NCBI GenBank assembly: GCA_903928685.1
Contig: CAIYRS010000032.1
Span: forward strand, 414 to 64,413
Direction: 5' to 3'
DNA: 64,000 bases
DNA from: an uncultured Methylococcaceae bacterium
Lineage (GTDB): Bacteria; Pseudomonadota; Gammaproteobacteria; Methylococcales; Methylomonadaceae
The position numbers and the translations under genes were made by a program. Under the pieces are notes generated by a model, which saw nothing but the letters and a program-made list of their open reading frames with translations, did not search any database and had not been told where the DNA came from. Of the stretch, positions 51,025-61,286 are shown one piece after another. Within the stretch, counting starts at the first letter, position 1; each line of letters opens with the position of its first letter.

Positions 51025-51105
51025 AATACCGCCAATATAAAATTGTCGTTCGAATTCTAAGTGCTTTTTTTCGTGCCTTTTCGTGAATTTCGTGGACAAA
51101 AAACC

Positions 51106-51996
51106 TTATCCGTCCAGCAACCAATCATCAATAAAGCTTTGGTAAAATTCCTTATCCTGCACCAGCGCACCTTGTAGGCCAACCACGGCGGAGGCAAATG
51201 TTTGCGCCCGCGCCATCATTACCGCTAACGACCAGTTTTTTAAGATACCCAGCATAATCACGGCGGCAAAAGCATCGCCTGCGCCAACGGTATCGACTAC
51301 GCTCACCGTACTTTCAGGCTGCACTTCAATACGTTCGCCCGCTTTGTCCATCGCCACTGCCCCTGCTTCACCACAGGTGATTATCAGCGTCTCTAGCTGA
51401 TATTGCCGTATCATCGCCGCCATTTGTTCGGTCATTGAGCCAGCATGTTCGGATAATAAAGCCAATTCATGATGGTTTAGTTTCAGCCAATCCGCTGTCG
51501 CCAGCAGTTGCTGGATTTGCGCTAACTGCCACCAAGGTGCGCGTAAATTGACATCAACAAACACTTTTCCGCTGTGCTTGGCGGTGAGTTGTTGCAATGC
51601 GCCAAGGTTTGCTTGATGCCTTAATGCCAAACTGCCGTGATAAACCAGCGCATACTCAGCTAGCCCCGTTAATGGCTCAGCATCAATAAAATCATAGGCT
51701 TGTTGGTCTAGGATGGCGTAGTCCGGCTCGCCATGATTGAAACTGACGGCGACTTTACCAGTCGGGTGGCTAGCATCGGTTTGCAGTTTGTCGGTAGCCA
51801 GTCCCCATTGCTGCATGGCTTTCCGGACGCTTGTGCCCAAGGCATCGTCGCCGACACGGCTGATAAAATCAGCGTTTACGCCAAAGGCTTGTAAATGCCA
51901 AGCGACATTAAACGGTGCGCCGCCCAGCAGGGCTTGCCCGTCAGGAAATTGGTCAAACAGGACTTCGCCAAAAATGGCGATGGCGGTTTTTTGCAT
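51106..51996 (-). CDS. PfkB-family carbohydrate kinase (fructokinase-like)
   Basis: GGAPFNVA N-terminal motif and DTVGAGDAF ATP-site motif. 296 aa. Confidence 0.8.
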   Translation of the reverse strand: MQKTAIAIFGEVLFDQFPDGQALLGGAPFNVAWHLQAFGVNADFISRVGDDALGTSVRKAMQQWGLATDKLQTDASHPTGKVAVSFNHGEPDYAILDQQAYDFIDAEPLTGLAEYALVYHGSLALRHQANLGALQQLTAKHSGKVFVDVNLRAPWWQLAQIQQLLATADWLKLNHHELALLSEHAGSMTEQMAAMIRQYQLETLIITCGEAGAVAMDKAGERIEVQPESTVSVVDTVGAGDAFAAVIMLGILKNWSLAVMMARAQTFASAVVGLQGALVQDKEFYQSFIDDWLLDG

Positions 51997-52054
51997 GGTT
52001 TTAGGTAACTGGTGTTAAGCAGATAATTTCTGCGGTTCGATATTAATTAAGCTG

Positions 52055-52327
52055 AGTCGCTATCGCGACAGTTTTTCTAATCGGGTACTCGCACCCGAAG
52101 GCGAGCTACTTTCTTTTGCGCCGCCAAAAGAAAGTAGCCAAAGAAAAGGCGGCCCGGTCGCCGCTCATGTCTTGCGCTCCTCGCATTTGACGGGGGACGG
52201 CAAAAGGGGCTTCCTGCCCCTTTGCCGCCGTGCGGCTTCCCTGCCGCACCCCTTCGGGCTATTCCCGACAAATGCTGCGGTGCTCGACGCGGCAAACGGG
52301 AGAAATTGCGTTACTGCGTAACGTCAA
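52055..52327 (-). repeat. composite extragenic repeat, copy B (inverted relative to copy A at 40341-40662)
   Basis: Its reverse complement aligns with copy A from tgacgttacgcagtaacgc to gtcgcgatagcgactc. It lacks the 48-nt module present in copy A. ORF 52077..52295 is a read-through of the repeat. Confidence 0.85.
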
Positions 52328-52339
52328 TTAGTAACGTAA

Positions 52340-53113
52340 TTACGCCAAGTTAAATAAAGTGCGGAAGTTTTGCGATGACAATTCGGCGATATGCTCTACG
52401 GTGGTTTCGCGTAATTGGGCGACACATTCGGCAACTTGTCGGACGTAAGTCGGGTAATTGGGTTTGCCGCGAAATGGTACGGGTGCTAAGTAAGGCGAAT
52501 CGGTTTCAATTAAAAAGCGCTCGGCAGGGACTTTTTGGGCGACTTCTTTAATCGTCGTGGCGTTGTTAAAGGTGACGATGCCGGAGAAAGAGATGTAAAA
52601 ATTCAGTGCCATGGCTTGTTGGGCGAATGCCCAGTCTTCGGTAAAGCAATGGATGATGCCGCCGATGCTATCTGCGCCTTCTTCTTTGAGGATGCGGATG
52701 GTGTCCTCGCGGGCTTCGCGGGTGTGGATAATCAAGGGTTTTTTGGTGATTTTGGCGGCTTGGATATGATTGCGGAAGCGTTGATGCTGCCAAGCCAAAT
52801 CGCCTTCGCTGCGGAAATAATCCAGCCCGGTTTCGCCAATGGCAATAATTTTTGGGTCATTGGCGAGGTTTACCAATTCTTCGGTAGTGGGGTCGTGTCC
52901 GTCGCGGACATTGGGATGGACGCCGACGCTGAGCGAAATTTCCGGATAATCGGCAACCAAGTTTTGCATGGCAGGAAAGGCTTCCAGATCAATGGCAATA
53001 CAGAGCAGGTGGTCAATTTGGCTGTTTCTGGCGTGTTGCATAAAGCAGCCAAAATCGTTTTGGAAAGGGGCTAGGTCAATACGGTCTAAATGGCAGTGCG
53101 AGTCTATGAGCAT
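52340..53113 (-). CDS. TatD-family metal-dependent hydrolase (YcfH-like)
   Basis: MLIDSHCHLD start motif. 257 aa. Terminal gene of the holB-pilZ cluster. Confidence 0.88.
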   Translation of the reverse strand: MLIDSHCHLDRIDLAPFQNDFGCFMQHARNSQIDHLLCIAIDLEAFPAMQNLVADYPEISLSVGVHPNVRDGHDPTTEELVNLANDPKIIAIGETGLDYFRSEGDLAWQHQRFRNHIQAAKITKKPLIIHTREAREDTIRILKEEGADSIGGIIHCFTEDWAFAQQAMALNFYISFSGIVTFNNATTIKEVAQKVPAERFLIETDSPYLAPVPFRGKPNYPTYVRQVAECVAQLRETTVEHIAELSSQNFRTLFNLA

Positions 53114-53117
53114 GGCG

Positions 53118-53465
53118 TTACATCGTGTAGGTTGGGCGTTCAGAACCTAATGCGCCCGCTAAATAGGTTTCAATTTTGTCTCTTGCTAGCAAGCCATCTT
53201 GATCCATAAATTGGATGCCGATGCCAACCGCTTGGTAATTTTCAGAAGAGCTGGGGGTTTTCCAGACAACTTTGCCGGGAATTGGTAATGGTGTTGGATC
53301 TTCAAGCAGCTTAAGTAAAACAAACACTTCCTGGCCAATATCAAAGGCTTTGCTGGTGGCAATAAATAAACCGCCATTGATGACAAAAGGCATGTATGAG
53401 GCATACAGGGTTTTTTTGTCTTTAATATGGATGGGTAAAATACTTGAGCGGGTGGGTTCGGTCAT
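53118..53465 (-). CDS. pilZ: type IV pilus assembly PilZ protein
   Basis: 115 aa. Similar to Pseudomonas PilZ (KTLYASYMPFVINGGLFI...GKVVW...GIGIQF). Conserved position after holB. Confidence 0.8.
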   Translation of the reverse strand: MTEPTRSSILPIHIKDKKTLYASYMPFVINGGLFIATSKAFDIGQEVFVLLKLLEDPTPLPIPGKVVWKTPSSSENYQAVGIGIQFMDQDGLLARDKIETYLAGALGSERPTYTM

Positions 53466-54478
53466 GGGGTTGGTAACTTAGTTTGTTGGTTAAGTTGGAC
53501 CCATTGGATTAACAAGGCTTCAAACAGCATTTGTTTATTAATCGGCGTATGGATTTGTTTTTGTTGCGCTAAAAGTTGGTCATAGAATTTGATGACAGCC
53601 GTTGCGCTGAGGGTTTGTGCTAATGGAAGCAAGTCGCTTGCCAAGTTTGGATTATACAGTGCCTGTGCTTCGGCGTGAAAGCGGCATTTGAGTAAATCTA
53701 GCAACCACAATGCCATCCAATTCAATAGCATGGCATTGGGTAGTTTGTGCCATTCTTCGGCAATCAATATCGGTTGGCTTTGTTGTTTTGCTAGGGCTAT
53801 CCAAGTTTTGAAGCAGCGGTTATAGAGCGTTAACACGTCGGTTTTTGCATAGCTTAATGCTAAATAAGGTGCGCCTTGCGCCAATTGCAAGAGATTTTGC
53901 CGTTGTTGGTCATCAAGGTTGGGTTGTTGTTGCTGTAACCATGCGCTGGCTAGGCTGGTATCTGGTTTGCTTAAGGTGAGTTGTTGGCAGCGGCTTAAGA
54001 TGGTTGCAGGCAGTTTGCTGGGTTTGTCGGTGATTAAAATTAATACGCTACGTTCGCTGGGTTCTTCTAAGCATTTTAACAAGGCGTTGGCGGCATTGCT
54101 GTTCATGCTATCAGCGGCTTGGAATAAGACTATTCGGTAGCCTGCGTATTGCGGTTTTAAACTTAACTGGCTGACCAGTTGCCGGATTTGCTCGACGCCG
54201 ATGCTGGTTTTGTCGACGGCACGGCTAACGGTGATGACATCCGGGTGGGTTTGGGCAAGGTAGAGGCGGCAATCATGGCATTGCCCGCAGGCCATGCCGT
54301 TGGCTTGCGGAGTATTGCAAAGCAGCGCGGCGGTAAATTGTTCTGCCAGTTGTTGTTTGCCTAAACCTTCGGCACCGACAATCAATAAGGCTTGGGGGAT
54401 GCGTTGTTGTTGCAGATAGGCTTGCAGTTGTTGCCAGTAAGGTTGATGCCAAGGCAGCAAAGCATTGATGTTGGTCAT
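53462..54478 (-). CDS. holB: DNA polymerase III subunit delta'
   Basis: Degenerate P-loop GAEGLGKQQLA and zinc module CGQCHDCRL. 338 aa. Overlaps tmk and pilZ by 4 nt each. Confidence 0.88.
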   Translation of the reverse strand: MTNINALLPWHQPYWQQLQAYLQQQRIPQALLIVGAEGLGKQQLAEQFTAALLCNTPQANGMACGQCHDCRLYLAQTHPDVITVSRAVDKTSIGVEQIRQLVSQLSLKPQYAGYRIVLFQAADSMNSNAANALLKCLEEPSERSVLILITDKPSKLPATILSRCQQLTLSKPDTSLASAWLQQQQPNLDDQQRQNLLQLAQGAPYLALSYAKTDVLTLYNRCFKTWIALAKQQSQPILIAEEWHKLPNAMLLNWMALWLLDLLKCRFHAEAQALYNPNLASDLLPLAQTLSATAVIKFYDQLLAQQKQIHTPINKQMLFEALLIQWVQLNQQTKLPTP

Positions 54479-55098
54479 CTTAAAAATACCCGTAAGGCGT
54501 CGGCGATGCTGCGTTGTACATCCGGCAAGTCTTGGTTGGCTTTAATGAGTTTGATGCGTTCGGGGTTAAGTTCCAGTTGTAATAAGTAGGCGCGACGGAC
54601 GCGTTCAAAAAACACTAGCCGCTCGGCTTCAAAGCGATCTAGTTTGCCGCGCTTTTGGGCGCGATCCATGCCAACTTCTATCGGCGCATCCAGCAATAAG
54701 GTTAAGTCTGGTCGTAATGGCCCTTGTATGGTGGTTTCTAGCCATTCGATAGTGCTGATTTTCATGTTGCGCCCGCCGCCTTGGTACGCATAAGTGGCAT
54801 CGGTGAAGCGGTCGCATAATACCCAGTTGCCTTGCGCCAGGGCGGGTTCAATCACATGTTTGATGTGTTGGGCGCGGGCGGCGAACACCAGTAATAATTC
54901 GGCGGTTTCGGTGATGGTTTCGCTGTCAGGGTCTAGCAGTAAATGGCGGATTTTTTCTGCCAGCAAAGTGCCGCCGGGTTCGCGGGTGATGACGGTGGGG
55001 ATTTTTCGATGTTCTAAAAAATCTTTTAAGAATAAAAGGTTGGTGCTTTTACCTACGCCTTCTGTGCCTTCTAGGGTAATAAATTTGCCGCGAATCAT
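54475..55098 (-). CDS. tmk: thymidylate kinase
   Basis: P-loop LEGTEGVGKST and the DRF motif CDRFTDATYAYQG. 207 aa. Confidence 0.93.
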   Translation of the reverse strand: MIRGKFITLEGTEGVGKSTNLLFLKDFLEHRKIPTVITREPGGTLLAEKIRHLLLDPDSETITETAELLLVFAARAQHIKHVIEPALAQGNWVLCDRFTDATYAYQGGGRNMKISTIEWLETTIQGPLRPDLTLLLDAPIEVGMDRAQKRGKLDRFEAERLVFFERVRRAYLLQLELNPERIKLIKANQDLPDVQRSIADALRVFLR

Positions 55099-56105
55099 GG
55101 TTTCTTTTGGTAGGTGTTTACCGCTTGGTTATGTTCTTCCAAGGTGGTGGAAAATTGGTGGCTGCCGTCACCTTTGGCGACAAAATAGAGTTTGTCGCTG
55201 TTATCTGGATGCAAAGCGGCGTTAATGGCGGCTTTACCAGGCATGGCGATAGGGGTTGGCGGCAAGCCTTTGATAACATAGGTGTTGTAAGGTGTGCTGG
55301 TGATTAAGTCTTGATGGCGAATGTTGCCTTGGTAACTTTCGCCCATGCCGTAAATGACGGTTGGGTCGGTTTGCAATAACATGCCTTGCTGCAAGCGGCG
55401 GATAAATACGCCAGCGATTTGTGGGCGTTCTTCGGCTTTGCCAGTTTCTTTTTCCACGATTGAGGCAAGAATTAAGGCTTCATAAGCGGATTTTATCGGC
55501 AAACCTTCGGCGCGATGTTGCCATGCTTCTTCAAGGGTGCTTTGCAGTTTGCGGTAAGCGCTGGTCAGCAGGGCAATATCGGAGGTGTGTTTTTCAAAAA
55601 AATAAGTGTCAGGGAAAAATAGGCCTTCAGGGTGTTGCCCGCTAGCACCGAGTTTTGCCATTAATTCTGAGGTGTCGGCATTTTTAATCTGGTGATCCAG
55701 CTTGGGGTTGTCACTCAGGCTTTGCAGCACTTGTTTTAGTGTCCAGCCTTCTGGAAAAGTGATGGCGTAACGTTTGGTTTTGCCCGAGCTAAATAGTGCC
55801 AAAATATCTGGCATGGTCATGCCGCTTTTTAGTTCGTATTCGCCTGCTTTCAATTTGTTGAAAGCCTGTTTTTCTATGGCTAACACCTTGAACCATAAGG
55901 GTTGGATAGGCAAGTTAAGCGTTGTCAGGGTTTTGGTGATTTGTTGGAAGCTGTCGCCTTTGTGGATTTCAACAATGACTGGTTCACCGAGGACGACAGG
56001 CATTTTTAAGGCGCATTGGTAGTTTTGCCATTCCCAGCCGCCTGCGAATAGCAGTGCTACGGCGCTTACGCCTAAAAACCTATTGCGAAGTTTGGTAAGT
56101 TTCAT
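55095..56105 (-). CDS. mltG: endolytic murein transglycosylase MltG (YceG)
   Basis: N-terminal TM anchor and a YceG-domain sequence (ILASIVEKETG..., NTYVIKGLPPTPI). 336 aa. Confidence 0.88.
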   Translation of the reverse strand: MKLTKLRNRFLGVSAVALLFAGGWEWQNYQCALKMPVVLGEPVIVEIHKGDSFQQITKTLTTLNLPIQPLWFKVLAIEKQAFNKLKAGEYELKSGMTMPDILALFSSGKTKRYAITFPEGWTLKQVLQSLSDNPKLDHQIKNADTSELMAKLGASGQHPEGLFFPDTYFFEKHTSDIALLTSAYRKLQSTLEEAWQHRAEGLPIKSAYEALILASIVEKETGKAEERPQIAGVFIRRLQQGMLLQTDPTVIYGMGESYQGNIRHQDLITSTPYNTYVIKGLPPTPIAMPGKAAINAALHPDNSDKLYFVAKGDGSHQFSTTLEEHNQAVNTYQKKP

Positions 56106-56913
56106 GTGCCAATTCGTCTAGCCAAGTTTGGATCTGTCGGGTTTTTGAGCCTATGGCAAAATCGTGGTCTGCTAAGCGTATGACTGGCCAAATGCCAATG
56201 ATGCTATTGCAAACAAATATTTCGTCGGCAGCCAGTAGTTGTGTTTGGGTGAGGTTTTGTTCTTGCACGCTCATACCGTGCTGGGATGATAGCATGATGA
56301 CCAGTTTACGGATAATGCCTGCAACGCCAGTGTTTATCAAAGCTGGCGTAAACAATTGTCCATTTTTAACCCAAAATAGGTTGCTCATAGTGCCTTCAAT
56401 GAGGTTGCCGTTGACATCTTGCATCAGGCCTTCTTGGATACCGTCATCTTGCCATTCTGCCCTAGCCATGACCTGCTCAAGTCGGTTTAGGTGTTTGATG
56501 CCTGCCAAAGCGGGGTTTATGCCTAAAGGAGTTTGGCAAAATCGGGCATGGATGCCATGGAGCGGATAGTTTTTTGGAAAAACTGGGAACGGGTGCAGGC
56601 TTAAGATACGGGTGGGGCTTAGGGTTTCTGGTTGTTTATAGCCACGTCCGCCACTGCCACGGGTGATGATGATTTTTAGTACCGCTTCGTTTTTATGCTG
56701 GCAAAGTTGTTGGGCTTCGCTGGATAAGACTTGTAGGTCTGGCGTGGGAATTTTTAACCGTGAGCAGCCTTCGGTTAATCGCTGTAGGTGTTCTTGGAAA
56801 AAAAGCGGGAAGTTGTTGCGGATGGCGATGGTTTCGAATAACCCATCGCCATACTGTAAGCCCCGGTCGCTGATGTCTACATTGGTTTGGTTTGCACCGT
56901 TGACTAGGAGCAT
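56080..56913 (-). CDS. pabC: aminodeoxychorismate lyase (class IV aminotransferase fold)
   Basis: Start set at the ATG at 56913 (MLLVNGANQT...), which avoids overlap with fabF. DRGLQYGDGLFET motif. Confidence 0.8.
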   Translation of the reverse strand: MLLVNGANQTNVDISDRGLQYGDGLFETIAIRNNFPLFFQEHLQRLTEGCSRLKIPTPDLQVLSSEAQQLCQHKNEAVLKIIITRGSGGRGYKQPETLSPTRILSLHPFPVFPKNYPLHGIHARFCQTPLGINPALAGIKHLNRLEQVMARAEWQDDGIQEGLMQDVNGNLIEGTMSNLFWVKNGQLFTPALINTGVAGIIRKLVIMLSSQHGMSVQEQNLTQTQLLAADEIFVCNSIIGIWPVIRLADHDFAIGSKTRQIQTWLDELAHETYQTSQ

Positions 56914-56935
56914 CGGCACGGATACTTGTCGACAG

Positions 56936-58180
56936 CTATTGGTAGCGTTTGAAAACCAACGTGCCGTTAGTGCCGCCGAAGCCGAAGGAGTTAGACATGG
57001 CAACGTCGATTTTCATATCTCTGGCGATATTAGGGACGTAATCTAAATCACATTCAGGATCAGGGTTTTCCAAATTGATGGTAGCAGGGGCAATTTGGTT
57101 TTTGATGCTGAGTGCGGTTAACACGGCTTCGATGCCACCTGCTGCACCGAGCAAATGCCCGATCATAGATTTGGTAGAGCTAATCGCTACGCGGTAAGCG
57201 TGGTCGCCTAATGCGGCTTTCATCGCATGGGTTTCGCCAAGGTCGCCTGCTGGGGTTGATGTGCCGTGGGCGTTGATGTAATCGACTTGGTCGGCATTTA
57301 AGCCTGCATCACGTAATGCGGCTTTCATACAACGTGCTGCACCTTCACCGCCTTCTGATGGGGTAGTGATGTGGTAAGCGTCGCCGCTCATGCCAAAACC
57401 GACTAGTTCCGCGTAGATTTTTGCGCCACGGGCTTTGGCGTGTTCTAGTTCTTCTAATACTACGACACCCGCGCCGTCACTCAATACGAAGCCATCGCGG
57501 TCTTTATCCCACGGACGGCTGGCGGTTTGTGGGCTGTCGTTGCGACGGGACATGGCCTTGGCAGAAGCAAAACCACCCATTGCTGTTGGTGAGGTAGTGC
57601 AGCGTTCTGCCCCGCCAGCCAGCATCACATCGGCATCGCCATACATGATTAAACGGGCGGCATCGCCGATATTATGGGTGCCAGTGGCACAAGCTGTGAC
57701 AATGGCGTAATTGGGGCCTTTCAATCCATATTTGATGGATAGGTTGCCAGAAATCATGTTGATGATGTTGCCTGGTACAAAAAATGGTGAAATCCGTCTT
57801 GGACCGCCTTTTTCGTAAGTGGCATAGCATTCTTCAATGCCAGTAATCCCACCGATACCAGAGCCGACAGCGACGCCGATCCGTTCGGCATTGGCTTCAG
57901 TCACCTCAATGCCTGAGTCTTCAAACGCTTGGCATCCCGCAGCTATGCCGTAATGGACAAAGCCATCCATGCGTTTAGCATCTTTTTCTGGGATGTATTG
58001 GCTGATGTCAAAATTTCTGATGACGCCGCCAAAAGTGGTGGCAAACGGGGAAATATTGAAGGAATCAATAGGCGTTATACCGCTTTTGCCATTGATAATG
58101 CCGTCCCATGTTTCCTGTACTGTGTTAGCCAATGGCGTAACAGCACCTAATCCAGTTATGACAACTCGACGTTTGCTCAA
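56936..58180 (-). CDS. fabF: 3-oxoacyl-ACP synthase II
   Basis: Active-site motifs ACATGTH, HGTSTPAGD and GHLLGAAG. 414 aa. Confidence 0.95.
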   Translation of the reverse strand: MSKRRVVITGLGAVTPLANTVQETWDGIINGKSGITPIDSFNISPFATTFGGVIRNFDISQYIPEKDAKRMDGFVHYGIAAGCQAFEDSGIEVTEANAERIGVAVGSGIGGITGIEECYATYEKGGPRRISPFFVPGNIINMISGNLSIKYGLKGPNYAIVTACATGTHNIGDAARLIMYGDADVMLAGGAERCTTSPTAMGGFASAKAMSRRNDSPQTASRPWDKDRDGFVLSDGAGVVVLEELEHAKARGAKIYAELVGFGMSGDAYHITTPSEGGEGAARCMKAALRDAGLNADQVDYINAHGTSTPAGDLGETHAMKAALGDHAYRVAISSTKSMIGHLLGAAGGIEAVLTALSIKNQIAPATINLENPDPECDLDYVPNIARDMKIDVAMSNSFGFGGTNGTLVFKRYQ

Positions 58181-58231
58181 TGTTATTTACCGTTAGAAAA
58201 TTCAGGAGAGGGATGTTGGTGTGGCTGTAGC

Positions 58232-58258
58232 TTAGTGGATGAGGATCCCATCCACTAA
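58232..58258 (-). terminator. acpP-fabF intergenic hairpin (attenuator/terminator candidate)
   Basis: TTAGTGGATG-aggatcc-CATCCACTAA, a 10-bp perfect stem, 8 nt after the acpP stop. There is no U-tract. Confidence 0.4.
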
Positions 58259-58265
58259 CATAGCC

Positions 58266-58496
58266 TTATAGGTGTTTTTCTACGTAGTCAATTGCTTGCT
58301 GTACGGTAGTAATTTTTTCAGCGTCTTCGTCTGGAATTTCACATTCAAATTCTTCTTCAAGAGCCATCACGAGTTCTACTGTATCCAGAGAATCAGCGCC
58401 AAGATCATCAACAAAAGATGCGTCAGTTGCGATGTCTTCTTTAACACCTAATTGCGCTGCAACAATCTTTTTTACTCGTTCTTCAATGTTACTCAT
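58266..58496 (-). CDS. acpP: acyl carrier protein
   Basis: Start at [12 protein letters not shown]. Phosphopantetheine site [12 protein letters not shown]. 76 aa. Confidence 0.95.
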   Translation of the reverse strand: MSNIEERVKKIVAAQLGVKEDIATDASFVDDLGADSLDTVELVMALEEEFECEIPDEDAEKITTVQQAIDYVEKHL

Positions 58497-58629
58497 AATT
58501 TTATCCTCAAACAATGCAGGCTTTGAATAGTTGCCTACAATGGTGTTGTTTATTGGTTTTACTGAAACCCGTCTCCGGTCATTCCAGACGGCGGGGAATT
58601 ATACTTTATATTACAACAATGTCACAATA

Positions 58630-59358
58630 CTAAGGCATAAACATGCCGCCGTTGACATGCAGGGTTTCCCCAGTAATGTAGGCGGCGCCTTCGGATGCTA
58701 AGAAAGCAACAGCGTGGGCAATTTCTTCGGCGGCACCTAAACGGCCTAGCGGAATACCCGTTAGTAAGGTGTTTTTTATATCGTCACTCAGTTCTTTAGT
58801 CATATCGGTATCGATAAAACCAGGGGCGACGGTGTTGACGGTAATATTGCGTGAGCCAACTTCTTTCGCCATGGATTTGGTGAAGCCAATGATGCCCGCT
58901 TTGGCGGCGGCGTAATTGCATTGGCCCGCATTGCCTGTTGAGCCGACCACGGAGGAGATGTTGATAATCCTGCCGCTTCTGGCTTTCATCATGCCGCGCA
59001 GTACCGCTTTGCTCATGCGGAACACCGAAGACAGGTTAGTGCTGATGATGTCATCCCACTCTTGGTCTTTCATCCGCATCAGTAGGTTGTCACGGGTGAT
59101 GCCTGCGTTGTTGACCAAAACCGCTGGCGTACCGTAGTTGTCGCTGATGGTAGCCATGACGGCTTCTATTGATTCAGGATTGGCGACATCTAAACACATG
59201 CCTAGGCCATCATCACCAAGATACGCTGAAATAGCGGCTGCACCATTGTCGGTAGTCGCTGTACCTATGACAAAAAAGCCATCCTTAGCAAAGCGTTCGG
59301 CAATGGCTTTGCCAATACCACGGCTGGCTCCGGTTACTAAAGCGATGGGTTTAGTCAT
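58630..59358 (-). CDS. fabG: 3-oxoacyl-ACP reductase
   Basis: TGASRGIGKAIA cofactor motif and the catalytic motif YAAAKAG. 242 aa. Confidence 0.95.
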   Translation of the reverse strand: MTKPIALVTGASRGIGKAIAERFAKDGFFVIGTATTDNGAAAISAYLGDDGLGMCLDVANPESIEAVMATISDNYGTPAVLVNNAGITRDNLLMRMKDQEWDDIISTNLSSVFRMSKAVLRGMMKARSGRIINISSVVGSTGNAGQCNYAAAKAGIIGFTKSMAKEVGSRNITVNTVAPGFIDTDMTKELSDDIKNTLLTGIPLGRLGAAEEIAHAVAFLASEGAAYITGETLHVNGGMFMP

Positions 59359-60298
59359 TTAATAGCTCCAATAAGTTTTCCAAAGTTTCTGGATCATAGA
59401 TGGCGGCATGTTCTGCTTTGGCGATACGTCTGTTTAAGCCGACCAGCACTTTGCCTGGTCCGCATTCCACGAATGTGGTCACGCCTTGTTTGTGCATGAA
59501 TTTAATGGTGTCAACCCAACGCACAGGTTTGTAGAGTTGTTTTTTTAGCACGTCACGAATAATGTCAGGCGAGTTGTGTGAAGCAACGTCGACATTGTGA
59601 ATAGAAGTGGTTTTTGGCGCGTCAATGGCAATGGACGACAAGTAATCTGCCAGTTGTTCAGCAGCTGGTTCCATTAAAGCGCAATGTGATGGCACGCTGA
59701 CTGGCAGTAGTAATACGCGTTTTGCCCCAGCAGTTTTTGCGGCAAGCATTGCCCGGTTGACCGCCTGTGCGTGTCCGGCAATGACGACTTGGCCTTGGCT
59801 GTTAAAGTTGACCGCAGAAACAATTTCTTCGCCAGCGGCTTCGGCACAGATTTTGATGACATCGTGGTCATCTAAGCCCAAGATTGCTGCCATTGCGCCT
59901 ATGCCGTCAGGTACGGCATTCTGCATCAATTGGCCGCGTGCAGCTACTAAGCGGATGCCGTCTTCAAATGACATGGCTTCTGAGCAAACCATTGCGGTGT
60001 ATTCGCCTAGGCTATGTCCTGCCATCCATGCGGGGCGCAAACTACTAAGCCGGCACCAAATTTCCCACACGGCAAAACCTGCTGCCAGCATAACGGGCTG
60101 GGTGTTTTGGGTTTGGTCTAGTTCGTTATTCGGGTTTTTGCTGACAATTGTCCATAAGTCTTTACCCAAGGCATCCGATGCCCGTTCGAAAACGCGTTTC
60201 ACTTCTGGATAAATCTTCTCAAGATTATCGAGCATTCCCACAGATTGTGAGCCCTGCCCAGGGAAGGTGAATGCTAAATTGCTGGCTTGTGTAATCAT
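59351..60298 (-). CDS. fabD: malonyl-CoA:ACP transacylase
   Basis: Active-site motif GHSLGEY. 315 aa. Confidence 0.95.
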   Translation of the reverse strand: MITQASNLAFTFPGQGSQSVGMLDNLEKIYPEVKRVFERASDALGKDLWTIVSKNPNNELDQTQNTQPVMLAAGFAVWEIWCRLSSLRPAWMAGHSLGEYTAMVCSEAMSFEDGIRLVAARGQLMQNAVPDGIGAMAAILGLDDHDVIKICAEAAGEEIVSAVNFNSQGQVVIAGHAQAVNRAMLAAKTAGAKRVLLLPVSVPSHCALMEPAAEQLADYLSSIAIDAPKTTSIHNVDVASHNSPDIIRDVLKKQLYKPVRWVDTIKFMHKQGVTTFVECGPGKVLVGLNRRIAKAEHAAIYDPETLENLLELLND

Positions 60299-60311
60299 TA
60301 TAATTATTATC

Positions 60312-61286
60312 CTAGTACTTAATTAATGCCGAACCCCAAGTGAAGCCTGCACCGAATGCCTCCATCAGCACCACTTGCCCTCTTTGTATACGCCCATCGC
60401 GTACCGCTTCATTAAACGCCAGTAGCACGGAGGCTGATGAGGTGTTGCCTTGTGTTTCTAAGGTAACAACGACTTGCTCCATGGGCATTTTTAATTTTTT
60501 TGCCGTGGCGGCGATGATGCGGATATTGGCTTGATGAGGCACTAGCCAGTCAATGGCGGTTTTTTCCAGGCCGTTGGCTTCCAAGGTTTCATCAACAATA
60601 CGCTCTAAAGTGTTGACTGCCACTTTAAATACTTCATTGCCGCGCATAGTGATACAGCCGCTATTGGCGGCATTTTCTGGGGCTTCTGCGGCGGCTTGTG
60701 GATTGCTACAGTACAGTAGATTTTCAAACTCGCCGTTAGAATGGATGTGTGTTGATAACACGCCAGCTTCTGCTGATGCTGTTAACAACATTGCGCCTGC
60801 GCCATCGCCAAATAGGATACAGGTGCCACGATCAGTCCAATCAACAATACGGGAACAGAGCTCGGAGCCAATAATCAGTACCGTGTTAGCCATGCCAGAT
60901 TTAATGTACTGGTCGGCGATGCTTAAGGCAAAAATTGCGCCTGAGCAGGCGGCTTGAATATCAAAGGCGACTCCCGTTTTTATGCCTAAACGGTGCTGCA
61001 ATAAACAGGCAGTGCTTGGATAAACGTTGTCTGGCGTGCCTGTGGCGACAATGATTAAATCAATTTGGCTAGCATCAATTTCGGCTGCGGCAATCGCTTG
61101 GCGCGCGGCGGTTTCTGCCATGCTGGCGGCTGATTCGTGGGCGGCGGCAATATGGCGGCTTTTTATGCCAGTGCGTTCAAATATCCATTCGTCGGAAGTA
61201 TCGACCAAGGTGGATATGTGTTCGTTGGAGTAGGTGGTTTCTGGTAAATAACCGCCAGTACCAATAATTTTGGTATGCCTAATCAT
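60312..61286 (-). CDS. fabH: 3-oxoacyl-ACP synthase III
   Basis: Cys-His-Asn triad context: AACSGAIFAL, HQANIRI and GNTSSAS. 324 aa. Confidence 0.95.
   Translation of the reverse strand: MIRHTKIIGTGGYLPETTYSNEHISTLVDTSDEWIFERTGIKSRHIAAAHESAASMAETAARQAIAAAEIDASQIDLIIVATGTPDNVYPSTACLLQHRLGIKTGVAFDIQAACSGAIFALSIADQYIKSGMANTVLIIGSELCSRIVDWTDRGTCILFGDGAGAMLLTASAEAGVLSTHIHSNGEFENLLYCSNPQAAAEAPENAANSGCITMRGNEVFKVAVNTLERIVDETLEANGLEKTAIDWLVPHQANIRIIAATAKKLKMPMEQVVVTLETQGNTSSASVLLAFNEAVRDGRIQRGQVVLMEAFGAGFTWGSALIKY

Noticed and set aside
52077-52295. ORFs lying entirely inside repeat elements: 52077..52295, 40373..40573, 40427..40699 and 35690..35917.
   Set aside because: These are Arg/Pro/Gly/Cys-rich translations of hairpin repeats present in both orientations. 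They have no RBS and no family resemblance, so I treat them as spurious.
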